Shown: positions 1 through 11,110 of the stretch, in pieces
Numbering within the stretch: the first letter of the stretch is position 1
How the letters are laid out: the number at the start of each line of letters is the position of its first letter
Source of the DNA: Octopus bimaculoides
Taxonomy: Eukaryota
Reading direction: 5' to 3'
Assembly: GCF_001194135.2 (NCBI RefSeq)
Contig: NC_068989.1
Location: 49,326,585 to 49,390,584 of the forward strand
Length of the DNA stretch: 64,000 nucleotides
Notes under the pieces: model-generated
The model's database searches: none
Seen by the model: only the letters and a program-made list of their open reading frames with translations
What the model was told of the DNA's origin: nothing
Made by a program: the position numbers and the translations under genes

Positions 1-330
1 AGTCTGTAGGTTTGTGGTAGATGTCGGTTGTGATTTGGTTATTAGGTGTTTTTATGATTAAGAGATCAAGAAAAGGGAGATGATGTTTGCTGAATTCCAT
101 AGTGAATTGAATGTTGGGATGTATGTTATTAAGAATGGATTTGAATTCTAGAAGTTTTTCATAGGGTTCATTCCATATGATGAAACAATCATCCAAATAT
201 CTTTTCCAGTTATCCATTAAAAAGATGTGGAAAAGGTGTCCAAATTTCTGACGTGAGGTTTCATTTTGTAAAAAAACATTTTCATTCTCCTTCTTGATAA
301 TTTGCTTCATCGCAATGAAAACCGGTTAGA
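1..330 (-). mobile_element. Penelope-like element (PLE) reverse transcriptase fragment, running off the window start
   Basis: Minus-strand translation reads ...DNWKRYLDDCFIIWNEPYEKLLEFKSILNNIHPNIQFTMEFSKHHLPFLDLLIIKTPNNQITTDIYHKPTD. The YLDD, LN..HPNIQFTME, LPFLD and DIYHKPT motifs are characteristic of PLE RTs. Confidence 0.9.
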
Positions 331-380
331 ATAAATCTTAATTAAATTATGCTCCCAGTTCAGCATTCTGGCTTTTTTAC

Positions 381-573
381 ATTTTCCTATATATATATAT
401 ATACATATATATAAATATATACATATACATAAATAAATTTATATACATATACATATATAAATTTATATACATATACATATATAAATATATACACATATAC
501 ATATATAAATATATACACATATACATATATAAATATATACATAAACATATATATAAATATATATATATATATT

Positions 574-662
<89 letters not shown>

Positions 663-700
663 ATATAAATATACATACCTATATATATATACATACACAT
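381..700. repeat. Compound (TA)n/(TACATA)n/(CA)n microsatellite
   Basis: Directly visible. Confidence 0.95.
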
Positions 701-702
701 AT

Positions 703-770
703 CTGTATCACGTCCTCACGTTGTTTTTTGTTGTTGCTTTTTTTTGTCTTTTTCCTTTTTTGAACTTATA
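703..770 (+). mobile_element. Partial copy of the PLE-type terminal unit (3' part only)
   Basis: cacgtcctcacgttg-T-rich matches 62750-62790 and the reverse complement of 48530-48570. Confidence 0.5.
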
Positions 771-976
771 TATATATATATATATATATAAGTATGTATA
801 TATAAGTATAAATCTCTATATATAAATATATAGATGTATATATATATATATAATGTACTGTTCACTTTTGCCAACAGGATCTGCAAGAAGGCACTTAACT
901 GAATGAGAGTGAAGAATATATGAATAAATGCAGGACCTCAAAAATGTGATTGTTCAGGCAGGCTTGTATAGCTTAC

Positions 977-1032
977 CTTGCATGATCCAGTAATGATTCA
1001 GGCTCATAAAATCTAGTTTTATGATGAAGAAA
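977..1032 (-). CDS. Candidate internal exon (FLHHKTRFYEPESLLDHA), unknown protein
   Basis: ttccaag acceptor and AG|gtaagc donor; open frame; phase-compatible with the 1243-1280 exon. A 78-nt intron (899-976) follows with a pyrimidine-rich acceptor leading to a stop at 895-897. Confidence 0.35.
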
Positions 1033-1242
1033 CTTGGAATAATTCACATATAATGCTTTTATTCATTAATTGATGTATGTATAACGTATGTATGTACAGA
1101 CACACAGATACACATTTTTCAATTTTCATACAAGATGTGTGTTTGTGTGTGTGTCTTTTGTAGATGTATATCAGTGAAAGTGATAAACCAGTGCTTTAGA
1201 ACAAAACTAACATGTGGTCTTTGTTCCATCCATGCTACTTAC

Positions 1243-1280
1243 ACTTGCTATTCTAAAATACAGTAAATCAGTGGCTGATC
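1243..1280 (-). CDS. Candidate exon (GSATDLLYFRIAS)
   Basis: tttgttgttgtttttcaaag acceptor, gtaagt donor, only one open frame. Confidence 0.3.
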
Positions 1281-2413
1281 CTTTGAAAAACAACAACAAA
1301 TAATGTTTGTTGTTTATAAAATGTTATACAAAATATAAACTTTCTCTCAGACTGCAATTGTAGTCAGTTTCCAAACTGTTAAGCAGATGAAAGATAAATT
1401 TACTAGTGATTAGGATACCAGGAAAATTTTTCCCATAGAGATAAATGAACTCTGTACAGTAAGCTAACAAATCATTCAATGATTTTATAAAAACTAAGGC
1501 AACTTAAAAAGATAAATTACAACATCCTGATATGCGTAGCTGCAACTAGGCAGAATGAGATGTTAGATGTTGAAGTTACTTGACCAAAATGCATTGTAGT
1601 GTTTTGTCACATCATCACCATCATCATCATCATCTTTTAAAGTTCATCTTCTCTGCTGGCATGAAGTGGAAAAGTTGACCAGATCCAACAGGCCTGAAGA
1701 CTGCGTTGTGAACTAATTTCTGCTTTGGCATGGTTTTTACAGCTGGACACCTTTTCTACCTCTAAACACTTTGCAGAATGTGCTAAGCGCTCTTTTTGTA
1801 ACACAAACACTAGTGGGGTGGCTGTGCAGTTCACAACACTACGTATTCCTTTGACTGAGTGGAGCTATAGTAGAAAGGAAGTGGGGATTTACGCTGGATG
1901 GGAAGTTAAAGTATGAAAGAAAGTACCAGAACAGGTTTCTTGGTGTGGGGGAGTTACATGACAACTATCATTATAGAACCAGAGTGGAGATAAAAAGAAC
2001 AAGACAATAGTCATAAGGCTAGGGTGGTCATGTGATGCAAAAATACAGAATAAAAAGGTCACCTTTAATTCTCCAACACCCACATACAATTTTACTTCAA
2101 AAAGTAAGGTGCATGACAGTCAGAGATGGGTGCTGAATCTAAAAGACATGCAAAGACTGATATGAAAGATGTTGAGTATGATTGAATAAATGTTAGGCTG
2201 TATTAGATATTAAACACAAGTGATTGAAAGAGTGACTAGGGAACATTACAATCATGAAAGTGCCATGTACCCTTTGAAAAAGAAGACTTACTGAAGAAAT
2301 TCAAAGGAGACAAGGGCAGAGTTAGGGAGGTCAGTCAAATATCAAGATACTACGCGTAGTATAACAGATTACAAAATATCAAGACTGACAATGTGCAATA
2401 CAGCAACTTAGAC

Positions 2414-2639
2414 CAGTGGTTCTCAACCATTTTTAGCCTATAAACCTCTTTGATTCCTATTTTCTTTGGGTGAACCCTCATAATTGTGGTCTTAAAAATC
2501 CTATCATATTTAAACATTATTAGAAATTGTATTAACAAAAAATTGATAAAATATTTTGTGCATTGTAGAAGTATAACCAATTTATTAGGCATAATTTTTT
2601 ACATCAAAATTTTACATGGACCCTGGTTGAGAAACACTG
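2414..2639. mobile_element. hAT (Charlie-like) MITE
   Basis: TIRs CAGTGGTTCTCAACC / GGTTGAGAAACACTG; exact 8-bp TSD ACTTAGAC at 2406-2413 and 2640-2647. Confidence 0.9.
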
Positions 2640-4029
2640 ACTTAGACAAACAATACTAGTACAGAAAAAAAAAACTGTTAAAACATTGTTGCTAATGATA
2701 GAGATAACATTGTTACTTAATATTTTAGACATTGCTACTTTAGTTTTAGGAATGAAAACAACTACATCTGAAGTTTTACAACACCTGTTTTTATTTTCAT
2801 AACATGTAACATAACCTTTTATGTTACATGTTTTATTTTTTTTAATGTGTCCTATTTTTCATGCTGCCATTTTTTTTTAATGCAATATTCACTAAATATA
2901 TTTTGCTTAAAAAAAAATCCATGTTGCAGATTCTATTTATAATCAGTCTATTTATAATCAAACAGATGGAATTCTGAGATTCCTACTGCATTGCTGGATA
3001 GTCTGCAATGGAACTAGACTTAATAAACGTTCCATCAAAGGATTTTTTATGGAATTTTACTGTCTATTGAGTCATAAATGCAGAGGCATCTATAAGGAAA
3101 AAAAACTGTTATGTTCAGAATATGTTTCAATCAGTGGTTGGTTCAGTCAAACTTTATTTAAAATTTACAGCCATTCTATACCACAATGTGGCACAGAGAG
3201 AGAGAGGGAGGGGGGAGAGGGAGGGGGNNNNNNNNNNNNNNNNNNNNNNNNNNNNNNNNNNNNNNNNNNNGCATGTGTAAAAGACAGTAATTTATTCTTA
3301 CTGTATTTAGTGCTATTTTCTAGAACTTCTCAGAGTAATTTAGAACAGGTTTACTTGGATTTTCCAAGATCAAAATCCTTTCAGAGATACAGAGAAATCA
3401 AGAGTTGCCTTCAACAATAAAAGCAGCAATACCACCCTCACTAAATAAGAAATGTTACAAAAAACGTAAGGGTATTAATTGTGTACAAAATAAAGGAGTC
3501 CCTCAAGAATTGTTTTTTTTTAAAATTTTTCCTACTTCTTTTATAAATTTACCTACAGTTTTACAAGGGACACAGCAAATTTTTGTAGGAGAGAGAGAGA
3601 GTTTGTTAATTAAATCTCCAGCATATTATTCTTATTTATTTTACTGACCTTTGAAGAATAAATGATGAAATAATATCTGGCAACATTTGAACTTAAAACA
3701 GCAAGATAGTGAATGAATCACAGTAAAGCATCTAGTCTCAGCTGTGTACACTTTTCACAAGGGAATATTGTATGATTATCTAGACATTTACTTATTTTAC
3801 CACTACAAATAATGGAAGTTAAAGCTGACCTTGGCAAGGTTTCAACTCGGAATAGATACAATTAATTAATTACACAAATGTACACAACCGTAAGCATGTA
3901 ATTCATCACTTTACCACAATGACTGTCTCCATTAATTTCTCATACAAAGATTAAATAATGTGTAATATACAACAATGTATTACTGGTACTTAAAATGCAA
4001 GGCAGTCAACCAGATAGTGTAATGTAGCT

Positions 4030-4630
4030 ATTTAAGCTCGCTATCTGTGAAGGAGAGTGCTTGTGTATTTAGAGAAAAGTTAGGCATAAGAGGAATTACA
4101 CGCTGTGTGCAAGAGAGAAGACTGCACTGGTTTGGTCATGTGATGCGGATGGATACTGAGAGCTCCATAAAGAAGTGCTGATCTCTCAAAGTAGAAGAAA
4201 CATGTGGAAGTGGGAGACCCAGAAAGACATGGGATAAAGTACTAAAGGGTGATCTCTGGATGCTGAACCTTTCAGGCAAGGTGACAAAGGAGCAAGAGGC
4301 CTTGTGCCTTGCTGTACGCAAGAAGACCTGTGCTCCACAGCAGAAGTGTTAAGAACAGTCCCCCGTGATGGAGAGGATTGGCCTGCAAGAGTCCTGTGCT
4401 AGTGCCATGTAAAAAGCACTTATACCAATGCCATGTGTGAGTGCTCATGTGGTGCAGCATAAAAGCACCCAGCACACTCTGTAAAGTTGTTGGCATTAGG
4501 AAGGGTATCCAGCTGTTGAAACCATGCCAAATCAGACTGGAGCCTGGTGCAGCCTTCCAGCTTGCCAGCCCTGGTCAAACTGTCTAACCCATGCCAGCAT
4601 GGACAACGGACGTTAGAGGATGATGATGAG
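4030..4630 (+). mobile_element. 5'-truncated RTE-clade LINE (ORF C-terminus, 3'UTR, (GAT)n tail)
   Basis: LREKLGIRGITRCVQERRLHWFGHVMRMD...GRPRKTWDKV with an in-frame stop; 3' end shared with copies at 21830, 59506 and 60961. Confidence 0.85.
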
Positions 4631-4830
4631 CATGGTCTTGTAGCTAGGGTGTTGGGCTCACAATCGTAAAGTTGTGTGTTTGGTTCTTAGATCGATTAAT
4701 GTATTGTGTTCTTGAGTAAGGTGCTTCATTTCATGTTGTTCCAGTTACCTCAATACTCAAGTGAAAATGAGTACCAACCAAATGCTGATGCAGCTTTCCC
4801 TCTCCACCCCTGACATCCACAATGAACTGC
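4630..4830 (+). mobile_element. Degenerate SINE, third family (gtgttcttgagcaagacacttt core); related copies at about 30990-31280 (+) and 38770-38910 (-)
   Basis: The shared core gtgttcttgagYaag...tttca.gttg.tccagtt..ctca occurs at three loci. Confidence 0.6.
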
Positions 4831-5081
4831 AGAGTAATGGATAGAATGACCAACTGCAGATGTCTATGTTTGTTTGCAATTATATGGACACATAAAGCAA
4901 TTAACAAAAGCATGGTAGTTGCTATGAAGTCATAATCATAGCTCTTGGTTATGTTGTTTCCCTTTATTTGTCTAAAACTACAGTACTCTCTCACAAACAT
5001 GCTAAATATTGATTTCTTTTGACAAAACTTAAAATGCAATATTTGTGAAACTAAAATAAGAATGCATAACATGCATATTTT

Positions 5082-5661
5082 GGATCTTTTTTAAAACGGG
5101 GGCCACATTTTTCATTAATGTTTTACGTAGTGTTTTTGGTACCGAAAGACATTCAAACTTCGTATACTTATCTATTTTGTGTTATAGAACAGAAGAATAT
5201 TTTTGTATTTGAATTTATTTCATGTAAAAAATTGTTTTATTTCGATAATTTCAACCAATCACTGACAAGTATTCAGTTGTTTACCTTTACTCCTTTGGCT
5301 CATTAAGCGATGTAAAGCGTATTTAATCTCCATACCTTCGTTTTATTTGCTTTTTTCATTTTAAATTTGCTTTAACCCTAACCCTAACCCTAACCCTAAC
5401 CCTAGGGTTAGGGTTAGGGTTAATTGTTTCAGAATCGTTTGTTTATGTAGTCAGCACTTAATGTATATCGGCTGAATGGACGTCAGTGATTGGTTGAAAT
5501 TACAGAAATACGACAACTTTAACATGGAATAATTTATGGATTTCTTTTTTTTTTAAGAAGACTAAGAGAAAAAGATGTTTTATATGACACATTCTACCAG
5601 TGTTTCAAGTTTCAAAGTGTTTCGTTAATGAAAAATGTGGCCCCCGTTTTAAAAAAGATCC
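5082..5661. mobile_element. Non-autonomous foldback DNA transposon (MULE- or Merlin-like MITE) with a telomeric-repeat core
   Basis: Perfect 37-bp TIR GGATCTTTTTTAAAACGGGGGCCACATTTTTCATTAA (5082-5118 / 5625-5661); 8-bp TSD CATATTTT (5074-5081 / 5662-5669). Superfamily is inferred only from the GG termini and 8-bp TSD. Confidence 0.85.
5373..5422. repeat. Head-to-head telomeric repeats (TAACCC)5-TA-(GGGTTA)3
   Basis: Directly visible, close to the centre of the MITE. Confidence 0.95.
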
Positions 5662-5684
5662 CATATTTTTCCTAAATAGATAAT

Positions 5685-6075
5685 AGGCGCAAGCATAACT
5701 GGTTGATAAGAAGCTTGCTTTCTAAACACATGGTTCCAGGTTCAGTCCCACTGCATGGTACCTTGGGCAAGTGTTTTTTTACAATAGCCTTGGTCTGACC
5801 AAAGCCTTGTGAATGAATTTTGTAGATGAAAACTGAAAGAAGCCTGTCATGTGTGTGTATGTGTGTGATTGTGTTTGTCCCCCACGACTATCTGACAGCT
5901 GGTGATGGTGTGTTTACAGCCCCATAACTTAGTGGTTCAGCAAAAGTGACTGATAGAATACGTAACAAGCTTAAAACAAAAAATAAATACTGGGGTTGAT
6001 TCATTTCACTAAAAAGTTTTGCAGGCAGTGCCCCTGCATGGCCACAATCTAAAGACTAAAACAAATAAGAGATAA
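5685..6075 (+). mobile_element. tRNA-derived CORE-like SINE (family A), diverged
   Basis: GGTTCAGTCCC B-box-like motif, CCTTGGGCAAGTG core, same 3' half as the 13106 copy. Confidence 0.8.
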
Positions 6076-6099
6076 AAGACAACGAAAAGTGAAAATAAC

Positions 6100-6275
6100 A
6101 TGAAATAGGTAAACAAGTGTATACTTGACTTGATGTAAACAACAGCACACTCTTGGTTTGTCAGTAGTTTACCTCCCAAGCAAGCAGCACTCAACGATTA
6201 CAGATATACAATGGTTTACAGAATTAGTGCAGTTGTTTACATCAAGTCAAGTATACACTTGTTTACCTATTTCAT
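6100..6275. repeat. Perfect 44-bp inverted repeat with an 88-nt spacer
   Basis: 6100-6143 is the exact reverse complement of 6232-6275. Confidence 0.9.
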
Positions 6276-6472
6276 TGATTCCAGAGAGATGAAAGACATA
6301 AATTAACAGAGAAAACTGGTAATAAGAACTGAGAAAGATAAGATTACATGCTAGCAAGTATTTTGTCTATTGACTCGAGTCACAGCCATGCCGAATTTGC
6401 ATTGATCTATGGCCATCGTTTCCCCAAAGCCAATCGTACAGGGTAACCTGGTGAGTACATCTATCGCCTATA

Positions 6473-6552
<80 letters not shown>

Positions 6553-6925
6553 ATGTATATATATGTGNNNNNNNNNNNNNNNNNNNNNNNNNNNNNNNNN
6601 NNNNNNNNNNNNNNNNNNNNNNNNNNNNNNNNNNNNNNNNNNNNNNNNNNNNNNNNNNNNNNNNNNNNNNNNNNNNNNNNNNNNNNNNNNNNNNNNNNNN
6701 NNNNNNNNNNNNNNNNNNNNNNNNNNNNNNNNNNNNNNNNNNNNNNNNNNNNNNNNNNNNNNNNNNNNNNNNNNNNNNNNNNNNNNNNNNNNNNNNNNNN
6801 NNNNNNNNNNNNNNNNNNNNNNNNNNNNNNNNNNNNNNNNNNNNNNNNNNNNNNNNNNNNNNNNNNNNNNNNNNNNNNNNNNNNNNNNNNNNNNNNNNNN
6901 NNNNNNNNNNNNNNNNNNNNNNNNN

Positions 6926-6959
<34 letters not shown>

Positions 6960-7210
6960 ATCAGCTTGCTTTCTGCAGTAGAGTTAATGTCTTGAACTAT
7001 TATTAATCATTCTAAAGATTAGTCTATTAGTTGATTTCTCAGCACACTTGTATACATGGCTGTACTTCATTAATTATATGTATATTTTACATACATGCAA
7101 ATGTTGATGTTAAATCTATTATGTAACTAACAAGATTATGAAACAGCTGTAAACAAATGGAATAAACATGTATTCTCTCAGTCACTATTCTTATCTGCTC
7201 TATTCATACA

Positions 7211-7249
<39 letters not shown>

Positions 7250-7741
7250 ACGTGTTCAGGTGTGTGCGCAAGCGTGCAGACATATACAGGTGTGAGTTGA
7301 TAACAGGAAGGGCATCCCGCCAGAGGAAATGTGCTTCAACAAATTCCATCTGATTCATGCAAGCAAAGGAAAGTAGATATTGAAATGATAATGGTGACAA
7401 GAATGAAGAAGATAATGATGCATTTAAAGTAGATACTAAAAGTGTTAAAAATGTTCTAATATTTTCTATAGACAGAAACTCTGAGTAAATAATCAATTTT
7501 GTTACTTTAAGTTTTTTTTTTTTTTTTTTTTTTTCACTATTTATTCTATGAATTCATTTTTAGATTAGTTTTTCCCTTAAATATTTAGACCTGCTACACT
7601 AAAAATATACCAGTAAATGTCAATCAGAGATGTGTTCTTATATTCAATAAATTGTCTGCTAAAAGCAGTCTTCTTTCTTTGAGATGAAGCAGTTTATTTT
7701 TTACATATACATATCAAAATCATCATCATCACTAAAGCCAT

Positions 7742-7917
7742 TACCATTGTTATTGATATTATTATTATTGTCATCATCATCATTGTTGTTGTTGTTTATC
7801 ACATATCTGTTTATTTTTCATACCATTGTTATTATTGATATTATTATTATTATTATTATTATTATCATCATCATCATCATCGTCGTTGTTGTTTATCACA
7901 TATCTGTTTATTTTTCA
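7742..7917. repeat. Tandem duplication of an 80-95-bp unit containing (ATT)n(CAT)n(GTT)n
   Basis: taccattgttattgatatt and tatcacatatctgtttatttttca each occur twice in the same order. Confidence 0.85.
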
Positions 7918-8863
7918 ATGAAACTGAGGAAGTTCTTCTAATAAAATTATAGAAAATAGAAGCAACCTAAGAAACAAAGACAACTCTTCTACCAACTCCA
8001 AATAAGAAAAAAAAATACTAAAATGTAAAACAAAAACTCTATCAAAAAAGCAAAATATTTGAAGGGGGAGTACAACAAATATACAATTTTTTAAAAGTAA
8101 TAATAGAAGTAAACAGAGATAAATGTAAATAGGCAATGATTATTGATTGAAGAATACAGTAGAAAGAGGGCGGGGGGAGGGGGGAAGAAGAAGAAGAAGA
8201 AAACTTGAAGAATGAGAAAAATTGGAAGAAATTTTAAAAGAAACAAACAAACTCATGACTTCAAGGGGAGCAGTTTTTATTTGGTTTTATAGTATTATGG
8301 TTGGCTTTTTATACCATTTTACTTTCCCTTCCAGTTAGATTTCTTTCGATATTGTTCAATTGGTTTAGATGCCAGATAACAATATAACAATAAAATTTGT
8401 ATAAAAAGGTAAATTTAATAGACATTATACTTTAAGGCATAAGAGACTAGCAACTCTATAATGAAATGTACTTAATATTATTATTATTATCATTATTATT
8501 GTGATCATCACCATCATTATCAATATCAAAATATCCTTTTTGTTTTAGTTCCACTTCCCTTTTTCTTTCTTTCTCCTAATTCAGTTTGTTGTCTTTCTTG
8601 TTTTCTTCCTACACATTCTGAAACATTTCTCAAGACAAAACTACATAACTAACTCTGTGTACATTTAATTTAGAGACAGATATTCCAGAAAATAGTTCAT
8701 CCCTTGTAGCTCAGTTTCAAATGAAACTTTTTCAAAAAGAATCCAGAGACAATACTTCTACTACAATAGGATGTGAACATGCATGGATGAATGAGTGCTC
8801 ATATTCAAGAAAGTGTGTGCATGTCTGTGCATGCAAACACATTCTGGAAAGAGTGTCTGTAGA

Positions 8864-8903
<40 letters not shown>

Positions 8904-9825
8904 CTTGCATGTGTTTGCTAACACATACAAATGAGACAGAGAGGTTCTGATGCCATCAGATCAATATCAGTAGTGCCTGATTTTCCATGTTGGCATAACT
9001 GGGCAGTACTTTGGATTCCCTTTTCATTTTTCTTTATTCTCTTTAAAAAAATTTAAAAAAGATAGATTTTATGGTCTGTAACCTTTGCGGTAACAACTGA
9101 TATAACAGGAACAATCGAGCACATCAAACTTTCCAGCAATATCGCTTAACTTTGTCTTTACAAATTTAAGAGTTCAGTCCACCTTGAAGTATATTCAAAT
9201 TTTATTTTAGAATCTTTCCACTAAATTAAATTTGAAACTTGAACAGCTACATGGGTCATTTTGCAAATAAAGGCAGAAAATAAAACTGAAATCAATTTAC
9301 ATACTGAGTCTTGTATGGCAGAAGAAAGAAGCAGTCATATAGAAATGGCACTGGTGTATGACAAAAAAGTGAAGTAGTGTAAGTACATAGAGTGAGTCAA
9401 AGAGTTAGAAACATTGTAAGCAACATGAGAGTATCCTAGAGATGAAAGAAATTTATGCTTTAGTAAGTAGAGAGAAAGAAAGAGATGGGATTAGAAATAA
9501 CAACAGCAATACTAGCATTGCAAAGAGAAGGAGAACAGATAAGTAAAGTGATAGGGACACTAATGGTAACAAGAGAATTAGGAGTCATGAACAGCTCTCT
9601 ATGCTATTGTAGAAAGAAAAAGTTAATGATAATGATGATATAAGCATCAGAGAGAAGAGAACAGGTTATGACAGAGTAGAAGACAACACAACCAGTGTTA
9701 GCAACGGTGATCGGTGAAAATATAGCTATAAATAATAGAAGCTAAGGCAGTTAATGTCAGCTGAGAAAAGAAGAAAGAAACAGTGATTTCCTCCACAGAT
9801 GACAGGAGCTGATGCAACGTGATTT

Positions 9826-9867
<42 letters not shown>

Positions 9868-10016
9868 TGCCTTTTAAATATTATTTCCATTATGTATTGT
9901 CATGGGAAGAACTCTTAAATAACCAGATAGAAATACATACAATACATATCATGAAGTCAAGTGAAAAAATATTAGCAAAAGTGCTTAGTTTTTTAGAGCA
10001 CTGTCAATAGAAAATG

Positions 10017-10050
<34 letters not shown>

Positions 10051-10055
<5 letters not shown>

Positions 10056-11110
10056 GCGTATGATATTTGACGACAGATTTATGTATATAAAAAAACATAT
10101 ATAATAACAGATAATAACTTTATTTATTAAAAAATGCTATGAGGATAAAAATAAACCTTCTCTTCTATAATGTTATTTAATAAAGCTGCCTTCAGCTTCA
10201 ACAACTGCTTCTATATGACATCTAAATCATCTACATGTTCTAATCAAGTGGTTCTGGTTCATTTTTGACAATACTCTGACTATGGCAGCTTTCATAGAAT
10301 CTTTGGTGTTATGGGCATATTCATTGATCTCTCTCTCAACAATGCTCTATATGTAATAGTCCAATGGTTTGAGATTTGGGGAATTAGAAGGCCAAATGTT
10401 AGGGGTTATCATGTGATCATGAACATTTTCAGCTATCCATTCTTGTTTTACTAGAGCCATGTGTGATAGTGCAGAGTCTTATTGAAACACATATGGCCTT
10501 CCACTGCATACACTGTCTATCCAGAGCTTAACAATTATTTCCAGGACCTCAATGTAGGCGGCAGAGTTGACCTTTAAGGCATTGTGGAAAGAAGTAAGGA
10601 GGCATCACATGTCCTTCATTGCTAACAACTCCTAAAACCATGACAATTGCAGGAAATTTTGCAAGCATAACACTTGGAAATTCAGAAGGGTCTGCACATA
10701 ACCGTTTCTCATTTCTTCTGTTAACTTTTTGATCTTGGTCGAAGTTTTTCTCATTTGAGAAAAAACGAAACCAAATCTTTTTCTGCTGGATTTTTCAATT
10801 TGTAGTGATTTTCTATTGCTTTTCCTGACAAATTGACCTTCCTCATCATATAAGACTTATATCTAATGTCTTCATAGACAACATTTCTGGCTGTTCATTC
10901 TGACACATGGAGATCTTTCACAACTGACCTCTTAGATGTTCTGGGATTGTAATCAATGGTCTGTTGAACTTGCTGGATAAATTCAGGTGTTCTGATGATT
11001 TCAGAGTGTTTAGAATGCTTTTTATGCTTTGATACTGGTGATACATTTCCATCTTCAGTCTCTAACTCCTAACAAACTTTGTAGACAAAAGATCCGGCAA
11101 CTTTTAAAAA
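10051..11110 (-). mobile_element. Decayed maT/DD37D-type Tc1/mariner transposon (transposase pseudogene)
   Basis: FFSNEKNFDQDQKVNRRN, KFPAIVMVLGVVSNEGHVMPP, RPYVFQ*DSALSH, WPSNSPNLKPLDY and EAVVEAEGSFIK*; several stops. D-D spacing counts 38 in this copy. The right TIR was not found. Confidence 0.85.

Noticed and set aside
377-700. ORF-track peptides rich in YI/HT/CV/RE repeats, here and at 6.4-7.0, 21.2, 27.5, 37.2-37.8, 48.2 and 60.2-61.0 kb, plus the X-filled ORFs
   Set aside because: They are translations of microsatellites or N-gaps.
850-1013. Alternative frame ...WIMQVKCLLADPVGK resembling the cysteine-synthase LADP motif, and a plus-strand acceptor at 878 (ICKKALN*)
   Set aside because: The match is only 4-5 residues with no other family motifs, and the readings conflict with each other.
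5373-5422. Ancestral chromosome end-to-end fusion site
   Set aside because: The array is only 50 bp and lies inside a TIR/TSD-bounded element; transposon cargo explains it better.
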